From NCBI GenBank assembly GCA_027339635.1, contig DAHWNZ010000007.1, forward strand, positions 2,610-66,609: a stretch of DNA of 64,000 nucleotides. The letters are read 5' to 3'. The first letter of the stretch is position 1, and every line of letters starts with the position of its first letter. The translations under genes were made by a program, and so were the position numbers. Below are positions 9,460-17,990 of this stretch, one piece after another. The notes under the pieces were generated by a model. That model saw nothing but the letters and a program-made list of their open reading frames with translations, searched no databases and was not told the origin of the DNA. The stretch comes from Candidatus Dormiibacterota bacterium (GTDB lineage: Bacteria > Chloroflexota > Dormibacteria > Aeolococcales > Bog-877).

Positions 9460-11685
9460 CTAGTTCTGCAGCTCCAGAACCACTCTTTCCCCGGCCGAGC
9501 TGGTCGGGCTGCCCGGCAGCAGGTACTCACTGACGATCTGGGTCGAATGGCTCAGCTTGAGCAGGTATACGGCGCCGGAGAACCCGGACATCTGGGTGGG
9601 AGAGACGCTGGTGACCACGACCCCGGAGAATGGCTGTGCCACAGCCGTGCCCGGGGTCACCCCAGCCATCTCCACATAGAGAGACGACGTGCCATCGAAT
9701 CCAGTCGTGACCTTGGGCGCGCCCGAGCCTGTCACCAACTGGAATACCACCCATAGCTGGGTGTTGTTCTGGTGCAGGCCGTACTGTGCCCCCTGGACCT
9801 GGTAGCCGCTGCCCGTTCCCCCGAAGGTCTGAGCTCCCGTCAGAGTGACGGCCGGAGTCGTTGCCGGAGTGGGACTCTGCTGCTGTGCCGGCGTCGGGTT
9901 GGTCTTGGTCGGCACGATGGCGTGGTGGTGGCTGGGGGCAGGTGATGTGGGCTTGGTGGAGTGGTGCAGCAGACTCCAGCCGATGAGGAATACCGCCAGC
10001 GCCGCAATCGCGATGGTGGCGGTCTTGGTCCAGCTCCGCGGTGGCGCCGATCCCTGCGACGACTTGCCAGGTGCAGCCTTCGACGGCGCTGTCCTGGGCG
10101 GGCGCCGTCTGGGCAGGGCCTCTTCGCCGTGCGCGCTTCCCCTGATCGGTGCGACCGAGTCGACCGGGCGCTTGGGCCCGCGGGTTTCCAGCGGCGGTGG
10201 GTAGTTCCGGGAACTTTGCGGGGGAGTCACCGGGGAGGGCGTCGCGGTGGGGCCCGGAGGGTCCGGCTTGAAGGCCGTGATGTCGGTCAGCAGACCGAGG
10301 TCCAGGGTCGCCTTGGGCTCCCAGCCGGTCCCACGGGCGGACTGGTTGGCCACTATCGACGGCGGAGGCGGCAGAGAGACCGTCTCCTGGGGTGAAGACA
10401 TCTGGGGCAGCCCCTCACCTGGGCCATGTTCCAGGTCGTTGAGCTCACCCAGGAGTGCTGACTCCTCGAGGGCGACCTGCATGACCTCGTCGCTATCCCT
10501 GGTCGACGGGACGGGTGCGGACGAGGTTATGGGGCCATCCGCACGGTCTGCCACCGGCTCCTGGGACTTCACTTCGGGTGCCGCCGCCCCCGGCTCCGGC
10601 GGATACCAGATCTCGGCTCCGGGGCCCTGCGCCTCCACCGCGGGGCCAACCACCTCCGGCTCCGACACCGGCAGGTAGAACGGGACGAAGAGCGGCGGTG
10701 GCTCTCCTTCGCCACCCGTTCCGATTCCAGAGGTGGCGGGGCTCTCCGCCAGCCAGTCGTCCTCGCTCCAGTCGTAGTGGGACTCGGCCGACGCGGGAGT
10801 GGGAGAGAAAGGTTCCGGCGGCGCTTCACTCCAGTCGTCGCCCGCTTCTGCCTGGTCCTCCTGATCCCCGGAGGACACCCAGTCGGCCTGGTAGAGGTCG
10901 TCGACCACCTCGGCACCTGCACCGGTATCGAGTTCCAGGGCGGGGGTAAGTTCGAGGTCGCCAGGAGCCTCTTCGCGGGAGCGGTCGGGTAGTCCGGCTC
11001 CGCTGGAGCCATCCTGGATACCGGTCGCTGACTCGGTATCCGGCACCTCCCCGGGCGTCCCTGCGACTGGCCCGGGGGCCGGCAAGGGGATGCGGTCCAC
11101 GGTGGTGTCCCGGCCCGTCAGATCTCCGCCCTCCGGCACAGCCCCCTGCCCGGCTGGTGCTCCGGTGACTTGGCCCTGCGCCATGGCCTCATCTGAAGCG
11201 GTCGAGACGGCATCGTCCGGTTCAGTGATTGGGGCCGGCGTCGCCTCCGAGGCGTCGACCTGGGGCGGCGGTGGCTCACCCTCTGGGGGCCCGGCCTGAG
11301 AGGCCTCCTCCGCCGGCGGCAGGGGAATGATGGCTCGGGGAGCCTCGTCGACCGTGATGATCTGCGCACCCATTCCCATGAGACTGAACGGGTCGGCATC
11401 CTTATGACCCTGGCCAGAGCCGGTGCCCGGGCCTCCAGCGTCAGCAGCTGCCTCCAAGGCTTGGGGGATGGTGGCCACCCTGGCTCTCTCCAGCAACGCG
11501 GTGGCCGTGCTGGGCGCCACCGACACCCGCGCCAGCGAGGAGATTCGCTCCGTCTCCTCGTGCAGGTATCGCATTCCCGTGCGGCAGCGCTCGCAGGTGA
11601 CGAGGTGGCTCTCCAGCTCCGCCTGGCGCTCCCGGGAGAGCTCTCCGTCGAGGGCGCAGCTGAGAGTGAGGAGGCTGCACTTCAT
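9460..11685 (-). CDS. membrane-anchored anti-sigma factor (zf-HC2) with very long disordered linker
   Basis: ATG 11685 lies 2 nt after the sigma stop. N-terminal H-x3-C-x2-C (HLVTCERC). About 480 aa are Pro/Glu/Asp/Ala-rich. One TM helix (ATIAIAALAVFLIGWSLL). 166 aa beta-rich C-terminal domain. Confidence 0.8.
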   Translation of the reverse strand: MKCSLLTLSCALDGELSRERQAELESHLVTCERCRTGMRYLHEETERISSLARVSVAPSTATALLERARVATIPQALEAAADAGGPGTGSGQGHKDADPFSLMGMGAQIITVDEAPRAIIPLPPAEEASQAGPPEGEPPPPQVDASEATPAPITEPDDAVSTASDEAMAQGQVTGAPAGQGAVPEGGDLTGRDTTVDRIPLPAPGPVAGTPGEVPDTESATGIQDGSSGAGLPDRSREEAPGDLELTPALELDTGAGAEVVDDLYQADWVSSGDQEDQAEAGDDWSEAPPEPFSPTPASAESHYDWSEDDWLAESPATSGIGTGGEGEPPPLFVPFYLPVSEPEVVGPAVEAQGPGAEIWYPPEPGAAAPEVKSQEPVADRADGPITSSAPVPSTRDSDEVMQVALEESALLGELNDLEHGPGEGLPQMSSPQETVSLPPPPSIVANQSARGTGWEPKATLDLGLLTDITAFKPDPPGPTATPSPVTPPQSSRNYPPPLETRGPKRPVDSVAPIRGSAHGEEALPRRRPPRTAPSKAAPGKSSQGSAPPRSWTKTATIAIAALAVFLIGWSLLHHSTKPTSPAPSHHHAIVPTKTNPTPAQQQSPTPATTPAVTLTGAQTFGGTGSGYQVQGAQYGLHQNNTQLWVVFQLVTGSGAPKVTTGFDGTSSLYVEMAGVTPGTAVAQPFSGVVVTSVSPTQMSGFSGAVYLLKLSHSTQIVSEYLLPGSPTSSAGERVVLELQN

Positions 11686-11687
11686 GG

Positions 11688-12209
11688 TCAGATGGAGATG
11701 TCCCGATATATGCTGCCGAACTCGCGCCGGGCCGCGGCGACCAAACGGGAGGCGGCCTCGGGCGAGCACTCCATGGCAACCCCGATCTCCCGGTAGCTGA
11801 GCTTGGCCAGATCCCGCAACAAAAGGGCGGCACGGCGGCTGAACTCGGTCGCCAGCAGGGCGCGCTTGGCGGTGTTGATCCGGGTCGCATCCGTGGCAGA
11901 TGCACCCAGACTGATCAGGGGCGGCCGCTTGCTGAAGATGCGGCCGACCCCCCGCCGCTGGGGAGGGAAGTGCTGGTGCTGGCGCGCCGCCCTCGTGATC
12001 GCGCGATAGAGGATCGCCCTACCGTCGCGCTGCAGACTGGCGGGTGGGAAATGGCGAGCACGATACAGTCCCGCAGTCACATACTCCACAGCCTCTTCCG
12101 GGGTTCCCGTCAGGTGGATGGTGTATGTCACCAGGGCATCGAGTTGCTGGCGGGCGAGTTCCTCCAGCGTGCTCGCGGCGGTTTGAGGTCGTTCTAAGAC
12201 GGTATTCAT
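11688..12209 (-). CDS. ECF-type sigma-70 family RNA polymerase sigma factor
   Basis: 173 aa. Region-4 HTH LSYREIGVAMECSPEAASRLVAAARREF. Region 2-like YRARHF/LYRAITRAA. Tightly coupled to the downstream anti-sigma gene. Confidence 0.8.
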   Translation of the reverse strand: MNTVLERPQTAASTLEELARQQLDALVTYTIHLTGTPEEAVEYVTAGLYRARHFPPASLQRDGRAILYRAITRAARQHQHFPPQRRGVGRIFSKRPPLISLGASATDATRINTAKRALLATEFSRRAALLLRDLAKLSYREIGVAMECSPEAASRLVAAARREFGSIYRDISI

Positions 12210-12242
12210 GACGTTGCGTGTGGGACACGCGAGCTGGGCGTC

Positions 12243-12271
12243 AGCATAGCGGCAATCGGCGAAGAGTGCAA
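12243..12271 (-). promoter_or_regulatory. candidate sigma-70-type promoter of the sigma/anti-sigma operon
   Basis: On the minus strand: TTGCAC (12271-12266), 17-nt spacer, TATGCT (12248-12243). It lies about 34 nt upstream of ATG 12209. Confidence 0.35.
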
Positions 12272-12439
12272 GTGCTGGTATCGCCGGGGTGGTTGACGAG
12301 GAGGCCGCGGTGGCCGCTCGCCGCCAGCTCGGGTCTCAACCTCTCAAGTCGCCTGCGCGGGTCGCGGAGGACAGTGGCTCACCGCAAGTAAGAGGGCGCA
12401 GCCGGAATTTGGCTACGGGGGCCGAGCCGGATCAGAAAC

Positions 12440-13165
12440 TCACCCCGAGAAGGGGTCGGGGCCAAGTCCCGAGGGCTGGTCCAACTCACATTTCAGGTAG
12501 CACTCTCGGGGTATTCCGATGTCGGTTGTCCAGAGGCGGCCGACCCAGTGGCGTGCCCCCAGCTGTTGGCAACCCAGCTTGGCGACCCCCATCATCAGGG
12601 TGTGGTCCGCCCTGACGCAGTCGCCCGGGGCGACCCCGGAGTCGGCATCCAGCCCACTTGGGAGGTCCACCGCCAGGACCATGGCCGAGCTGCGGTTGAT
12701 TCTGCGGATGAAGGCCGCGATCTCGCCTCGCGGCGCACCCGCCGCCCCGGTGCCCAGGAGGGCGTCGATCACCAGATCCACCCCATCCAACGCCCAGTCG
12801 GCATCTCCCTGGAGCTCAGGGCCGCCCGGAGCAAGCCTCCTCAGCACCCCTCCGCTGGCGCTGACCGCTGAGCCGAGATCAGGCTCGTCCGAATCCCCCG
12901 CCCCTCCCAGCCACAGGCAGCGGACCGTGTCACCCCACAGGGCCAGGTGCCGGGCGGCGACCAGGCCGTCGCCGCCGTTGTTGCCGCGGCCGCTGAGCAC
13001 CGCCACCCTGCCCCGTGGAGCTGACGCCTCATCCAGCAGGCGCTGGGCCAGGCGCGCCGTCTGGAAGCCGGCAACCGCCATCAGCATCGGCCCCGGGACC
13101 CCGGCCCTGAGGGCGGCGGCGTCCAGGGCCCGCGACTGGTCTCTGGAGGCCGCCCTCACTGTCAC
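12440..13165 (-). CDS. nnrE: NAD(P)H-hydrate epimerase (YjeF N-terminal domain only)
   Basis: VLSGRGNNGGDGLVAARHL and LVIDALLGTG motifs. The likely GTG start at 13165 overlaps the upstream stop (GTGA). The ORF extension to 13312 is rejected. Confidence 0.8.
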   Translation of the reverse strand: MTVRAASRDQSRALDAAALRAGVPGPMLMAVAGFQTARLAQRLLDEASAPRGRVAVLSGRGNNGGDGLVAARHLALWGDTVRCLWLGGAGDSDEPDLGSAVSASGGVLRRLAPGGPELQGDADWALDGVDLVIDALLGTGAAGAPRGEIAAFIRRINRSSAMVLAVDLPSGLDADSGVAPGDCVRADHTLMMGVAKLGCQQLGARHWVGRLWTTDIGIPRECYLKCELDQPSGLGPDPFSG

Positions 13166-13989
13166 CGGGACGACGCCTCGGCCGCCTCGGCCACCCGCTC
13201 CCCGATCCCACCGTCCCAGAGGACCCGCAGGCAGTCGCCGGGTTGGAGCCCCAGGCCGGCGGCCGCGCTGGTGCCCTTCCCAGCGATCTCCAGGTGCCCG
13301 GCGCTGTTCCATAGGATCCCCGCCTCACCTTCGATCTCGGCGTAGGTGGTGACCACCTGGCTCACCAGGCGGCCAGAGGGAAGAGAGACCGCCGCCGGAA
13401 TAGGGGAGTACCAAGGAGTCCTGGCAACCGCGGTGATGACGTTGCCGAACCTGTCCACCGCTACCACTCTGGCTCTAGTGCCGTGTTCGTCACCCTCGGG
13501 GAGGAATTCAGGGATCAGCTGGGGGCTGTGAAGTCTCTGCCCCAGCGCCTCCAGCTGCAGGGCTCCCTGGGCCAGGCGGGCGGCGAGGGGCGCGATCAGG
13601 TCGCGGCCGTGGAAGGTCGAACTCAGCACGGGAGGGCGGTGCTGCTCCAGATCCACTCTCACCGCCAAACGCTGTCGGCCCCGCTGCCACAGGAAGTGGA
13701 GGAGTCCGTTGTCCGGGGCCACCACCAGCTGCCCGTCGACCTGGCAGGCTACCAGCGGCCGGCTGGTGCCGACCCCGGGATCGACGACCACGCAGTGGAC
13801 GGTGCCTTCAGGGAAGGCCGGCGCCGACGCCGCCAGCCAGTAGCTGCCGGCGCCGATGTCGCCGGGCGGCACCCCGTGCGTGATGGTCTCCACCCGCAGC
13901 TGGGGAGCGGCCCGCAGCACGGCACCGACGAGCGCGCCCGCGTAGCCATCTGCGGTGCCGAAGTCAGTGAGGAGGGTGAGCAGAGCCAT
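13162..13989 (-). CDS. SAM hydrolase / SAM-dependent halogenase family protein (DUF62)
   Basis: LLTDFGTADGYAG...VVVDPGVGTSR...VAPDNGLL is the characteristic DUF62 (S-adenosyl-L-methionine hydroxide adenosyltransferase) pattern. Confidence 0.85.
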   Translation of the reverse strand: MALLTLLTDFGTADGYAGALVGAVLRAAPQLRVETITHGVPPGDIGAGSYWLAASAPAFPEGTVHCVVVDPGVGTSRPLVACQVDGQLVVAPDNGLLHFLWQRGRQRLAVRVDLEQHRPPVLSSTFHGRDLIAPLAARLAQGALQLEALGQRLHSPQLIPEFLPEGDEHGTRARVVAVDRFGNVITAVARTPWYSPIPAAVSLPSGRLVSQVVTTYAEIEGEAGILWNSAGHLEIAGKGTSAAAGLGLQPGDCLRVLWDGGIGERVAEAAEASSR

Positions 13990-14072
13990 GGAACGGGGTC
14001 ATTGTCCGTCATGGGCGTCGGCTCCGGAGCGGACGCGGGGCCCCCTGACGCAGGCTGTCCGCCAGCAACGAA

Positions 14073-14100
14073 GAAGGGGTGGCCTTGCGGCCACCCCTTC
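14073..14100 (-). terminator. intrinsic terminator hairpin of groEL
   Basis: Perfect 12-bp stem GAAGGGGTGGCC/GGCCACCCCTTC with a 4-nt loop, 28 nt after the groEL stop. Followed on the sense strand by TTCGTTGCT. Confidence 0.6.
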
Positions 14101-14127
14101 AACTTCAGCGAGTCGCTTGAGCGGAGA

Positions 14128-15735
14128 TCAGTACTCCGGCATCGGCGGCGCGGCCGCTCCCTTCTTCTCGGGAAGATCGGTGATCAGGGATTCGGTCGTG
14201 AGCAGCAGCCCGGCGATCGAAGCTGCGTTCTGGACGGCCGAGCGGGTCACCTTGGTCGGGTCGATGATCCCAGCCTTGACCATGTCGACGTACTCTCCGT
14301 TGGCTGCGTTGTAACCCTGTCCGGCGGGGAGGCTGCGCACCTTCTCCACCACCACCGAGCCCTCCGCTCCGGCGTTGTTGGCGATCTGCCGCGCGGGCTC
14401 CTCGAGAGCCCTGCGCACGATCGTCACTCCGATCTGCTGGTCGCCTTCCAGCTTGACATCCTTGAGGGCCTCCTGGGCGAGCAGCAACACGGTGCCGCCG
14501 CCGGGAACGATGCCCTCTTCCACCGCCGCACGGGTGGCCGAGACGGCGTCCTCCATGCGGTGCTTGCGCTCCTTGAGCTCGGTCTCGGTGGCGGCGCCTA
14601 CCTTGATCACCGCGACTCCGCCCGCGAGCTTGGCCAGGCGCTCCTGGAGCTTCTCCTTGTCCCAGTCGCTGGTGGACTTGTCGATCTCAGCTTTGATCTG
14701 CTCGATACGGCCCTTGATGGCGTCGCCGCTGCCGGCCCCCTCGACCAGGGTGGTGTCGTCCTTGGTGACCTTGACGCGGCGGGCACGCCCCAGCTGACCG
14801 AGCTGGACGCTCTCGAGCTTGAGCCCCAATTCCTCGCTGATCACAGTGCCTCCGGTCAGGATGGCGATGTCCTGCAGCATGGCCTTGCGCCGGTCGCCGA
14901 ACCCAGGCGCCTTGACCGCAACCGCGGTGAAGATGCCCCGGATCTTGTTGACGATGAGGGTGGCCAGCGCCTCCCCGTCGACATCCTCAGCCACCACCAG
15001 AAGGGGCTTGCCCGACTGGTGGATCTTCTCGACCACAGGCAGCAGGTCCGCGATCGCGGACACCTTGCGGTCCGTGATCAGGATGTAGGGATCCTCCAGG
15101 ACCGCCTCCATGGCCTGGGTGTTGGTGACCATGTAGGGGCTGATGTAGCCCTTGTCGAACTGCATCCCCTCGACCAGGTCGAGCTCGGTCTCGATGCCCT
15201 TCGACTCCTCGACCGTGATGACCCCATCCTTGCCGACCTTCTCCATCGCGTCCGCGACGGTCTCGCCGATGCCGGGGTCGGCTGCGGAGATGGACGCCAC
15301 CTGGGCGATCTTCTCCCGCTCGCTGATGGAGACGGAGTGCTTCTTGATGTCGGCGACCACCAGGTCCACGGCCTTCTGGATCCCCGCCTTGACCTGGACC
15401 GGGTTGGCCCCATGGGCCACGTGGCGGAGGCCCTCGTTGATCATCGCGGCGGCCAGGACCGTGGCGGTCGTGGTGCCGTCGCCGGCGATGTCATTGGTCT
15501 TGCTGGCGACCTCCTTGACCAGCTGGGCGCCCATGTTCTCGAAGGGGTCCTCCAGCTCGATCTCCTTGGCGATCGTCACCCCGTCGTTGGTGATGGTGGG
15601 GCTGCCGAACTTCTTGTCCAGCACCACGTTGCGGCCCTTGGGGCCGATCGTGATCCGAACCGCGTCGGCGACCTTGTCGGCCCCCCGCTTCAGCGCGGCC
15701 CGTGCCTCCGTGTCGAATAGCAACTGCTTGGGCAT
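14128..15735 (-). CDS. groEL: chaperonin GroEL (60 kDa)
   Basis: [40 protein letters not shown] and full-length colinearity (535 aa). SD GAGGAGAG upstream. No groES is adjacent. Confidence 0.98.
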   Translation of the reverse strand: MPKQLLFDTEARAALKRGADKVADAVRITIGPKGRNVVLDKKFGSPTITNDGVTIAKEIELEDPFENMGAQLVKEVASKTNDIAGDGTTTATVLAAAMINEGLRHVAHGANPVQVKAGIQKAVDLVVADIKKHSVSISEREKIAQVASISAADPGIGETVADAMEKVGKDGVITVEESKGIETELDLVEGMQFDKGYISPYMVTNTQAMEAVLEDPYILITDRKVSAIADLLPVVEKIHQSGKPLLVVAEDVDGEALATLIVNKIRGIFTAVAVKAPGFGDRRKAMLQDIAILTGGTVISEELGLKLESVQLGQLGRARRVKVTKDDTTLVEGAGSGDAIKGRIEQIKAEIDKSTSDWDKEKLQERLAKLAGGVAVIKVGAATETELKERKHRMEDAVSATRAAVEEGIVPGGGTVLLLAQEALKDVKLEGDQQIGVTIVRRALEEPARQIANNAGAEGSVVVEKVRSLPAGQGYNAANGEYVDMVKAGIIDPTKVTRSAVQNAASIAGLLLTTESLITDLPEKKGAAAPPMPEY

Positions 15736-15792
15736 GTGCTCTCTCTCCTCAATGTCCCCACTTGATCAACGCGATCACTCGGTGCCGCCATT

Positions 15793-15819
15793 TTAGCACT
15801 CACGCGCTCCGAGTGCTAG
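15793..15819 (-). promoter_or_regulatory. CIRCE element (HrcA operator) upstream of groEL
   Basis: TTAGCACTC-N9-GAGTGCTAG versus the consensus TTAGCACTC-N9-GAGTGCTAA. It lies 58 nt upstream of the groEL ATG. On the sense strand its 3' end overlaps a TAAAAT -10-like hexamer (15795-15790). Confidence 0.85.
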
Positions 15820-15868
15820 CAGGCTCCCCGCGCAAGTGCCAGAGCGGGGCGGGGGCCAATCCAGGATC

Positions 15869-16696
15869 ATGTCAGCTGTGTCTGACTCGGGCCCCCTGCG
15901 GCGGCGATTCCAGCGGGTGCGCACAAGGGAGGAGCGGGATGCCGTGGGCTTCTTCCTCCTCGCTCAGGGGTGGGCCGGGCTCCACCTAGGCGACACCCTG
16001 CTGCGCCTGGACACCGGGTCCGAGGAACATCGGGTCCTGGCCCTAAGAGGTGCAGCCGACGAGGTCAGGGCCGTGGCTCTCATCCACGGCCGTCGTGCGG
16101 AGCTCTTGGTTCCACTCCAAGAGGACTTGGCGGTGGCGGCGGACCTTCTCACTCAGCAGGGGCCGGCCCTTGATCGTCTCTCTTGCCTCGAGTCGCAGCT
16201 GCCCGCGCACCCGGGAGATGACTTCGAGGTGTACGTGAAGGAGATGACGGTCGCGTCCACGCTGCGGCTGGCCGGTCGCGAACCCGTATTCGTCCGTCCG
16301 GCCCGGATCGCTGACGCAGAGGATCTGAGACGGATTTACGATCCGGTCCCCTGGATGCGGCTGGACACCGCCGACGGCTGGGCGGAGCGGATCCGAACGC
16401 AGCGCACCTGGGTGGCCGAGATAGCGGGTCGCCCAGCGGCGGCCGGTCGGTGGACGAAGTCCTTCGGAAGGGCGGTGGAGATCGGAGGTGTCGCGACCGA
16501 CCCAGAGCTGCGCCGGCGCGGGGCTGCGACCGCGGTGGTGGCGGCGGCGACAGCGGAGGCGCTGGCCCAGGGATTGACCCCGGTGCTGTGCTTCGGCGAC
16601 CCCAAGCTCGGGAACCTCTACCACGGGCTCGGGTTCGAGCTGGTGGGGCGGGAGCTGGCGTTCAGGCGCCGCGTCCCGGCCGACATCGGCATATGA
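15869..16696 (+). CDS. GNAT-family N-acetyltransferase (two-domain)
   Basis: C-terminal acetyl-CoA motif IGGVATDPELRRRGAATAVV plus LYHGLGFELVG. ATG 15869 or the upstream start at 15836. Confidence 0.7.
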   Translation: MSAVSDSGPLRRRFQRVRTREERDAVGFFLLAQGWAGLHLGDTLLRLDTGSEEHRVLALRGAADEVRAVALIHGRRAELLVPLQEDLAVAADLLTQQGPALDRLSCLESQLPAHPGDDFEVYVKEMTVASTLRLAGREPVFVRPARIADAEDLRRIYDPVPWMRLDTADGWAERIRTQRTWVAEIAGRPAAAGRWTKSFGRAVEIGGVATDPELRRRGAATAVVAAATAEALAQGLTPVLCFGDPKLGNLYHGLGFELVGRELAFRRRVPADIGI

Positions 16697-16703
16697 TCCC
16701 CGC

Positions 16704-17849
16704 ATGCCCGACCTGAAGTCGGTGCTGGCCTGGTCCGCAGTGGCGGCCGGGGTGGCCATCGCAGCCGAACGGAGCGTCTCCAAGATGAGGCCGGCTTCCG
16801 ACGAGTCCATGCTGGACTGGGAGATGGCCCGGCGCACGGCGTACCAGCGAGCCGGGCAGGACGGTGCGACCCAGGCCCAGAGCGCCGCGCTCGAATATGA
16901 GCCGTTGGTAGCTGAGCTGGTCCCGCTGATTGCGGAAGCCTGCGGAACCAGCGCTCAGGGCAACAGCTTCGGGCGGGTCAGAGTCGTCGGACGCCACGGC
17001 TTTCTCGACCAGAACCTGGCCATGATGAAGCGGATGGTGGCGCCCGTGGAACGGGCCCAGGGCGCGCTGGGCAACTTTCGGCCCTCCACCCTCATGAAGG
17101 TGCCGACCAGCCTATATCTGGGAGGTCTTCTGGGTTACATGGGGCGCAGGGTCCTCGGGCAGTACGACCCGGTGCTGAGCTTCAGAGATTTGGAGGAGCA
17201 GGATCTGCCCACCCCAGCTCTGCTGATCGTCGAGCCCAACGTCAGGGAGTTCGCCGAAAAGTCGCAGCTCCCCATCGACTCGTTGCGCCGCTGGCTGATG
17301 CTCCACGAACTCACCCACGCCTGGCAGTTCGAGATGCACCCCTGGCTGGCCCCGCATCTGACCGGGATGGTAGAGGAGTTGACCCGCCTCCCCAAGGGCG
17401 GAGGGGCCAAGGGAGTTGAGGAGATCATCCGCACCGCCCGTAATCTCAGGCCCCAGCTCGCCCTGATCGGGCGGGTCCAGGCGGTCATGGCGGTGCTCGA
17501 GGGGCATGGCAACTTCATCATGCGCGAGGCTGGTCGCCGCCACATTCCCGACTTCGACACCCTCGATGAGGCATTCCATCGCCGCCACGAGCAGCCCAGC
17601 TCCATGGAGAGGCTGATGCTGCTCATCTCCGGAGTCGGCTTCAAGCTGCAGCAGTACCAGCAGGGGGAGCGCTTTCTGCGCGCAATCCAGGAGGTTGGCG
17701 GTCAGGCCGCATTAGATCGGGTCTGGGCCGGTCCGGACAGCCTCCCAGGGTGGAGCGAGGTCCGCCGTCCCGAGCTCTGGTTGAGACGTATGGGCTTCTC
17801 AGAAGAGGTCGGTCGGTCGGCTCCGGGAGCGGCCCCAGCGCCAGCCTGA
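16704..17849 (+). CDS. zinc-dependent metalloprotease, DUF2342 family
   Basis: HELTHAWQF (HExxH) and the VLEGHGNFIM motif typical of DUF2342 / putative hydrolase proteins. Confidence 0.8.
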   Translation: MPDLKSVLAWSAVAAGVAIAAERSVSKMRPASDESMLDWEMARRTAYQRAGQDGATQAQSAALEYEPLVAELVPLIAEACGTSAQGNSFGRVRVVGRHGFLDQNLAMMKRMVAPVERAQGALGNFRPSTLMKVPTSLYLGGLLGYMGRRVLGQYDPVLSFRDLEEQDLPTPALLIVEPNVREFAEKSQLPIDSLRRWLMLHELTHAWQFEMHPWLAPHLTGMVEELTRLPKGGGAKGVEEIIRTARNLRPQLALIGRVQAVMAVLEGHGNFIMREAGRRHIPDFDTLDEAFHRRHEQPSSMERLMLLISGVGFKLQQYQQGERFLRAIQEVGGQAALDRVWAGPDSLPGWSEVRRPELWLRRMGFSEEVGRSAPGAAPAPA

Positions 17850-17990
17850 GCGAGTCCGGCCCGCCCGCAGTCAGGAAGGTGGCTCCATCGGAGCGGATTG
17901 TTGCGTACACTTCGCGAGTGAGTTGCCTCCGCGCCCAGTCCTTTGCCCGCCCTTCGCAGGGGAGGCTGTGGCTCCACAGGAGCTGATGAC

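Noticed and set aside
9845-11400. Several 70-145-aa plus-strand ORFs inside the anti-sigma gene
   Set aside because: They are antisense to the low-complexity linker. Such regions are open in most frames, and these ORFs have no independent support.
13483-15720. 745-aa plus-strand ORF
   Set aside because: It is antisense to groEL and the DUF62 gene. Its low-complexity Gly/Arg/Asp/Leu/His composition marks it as an artefact of GC-rich codon bias.
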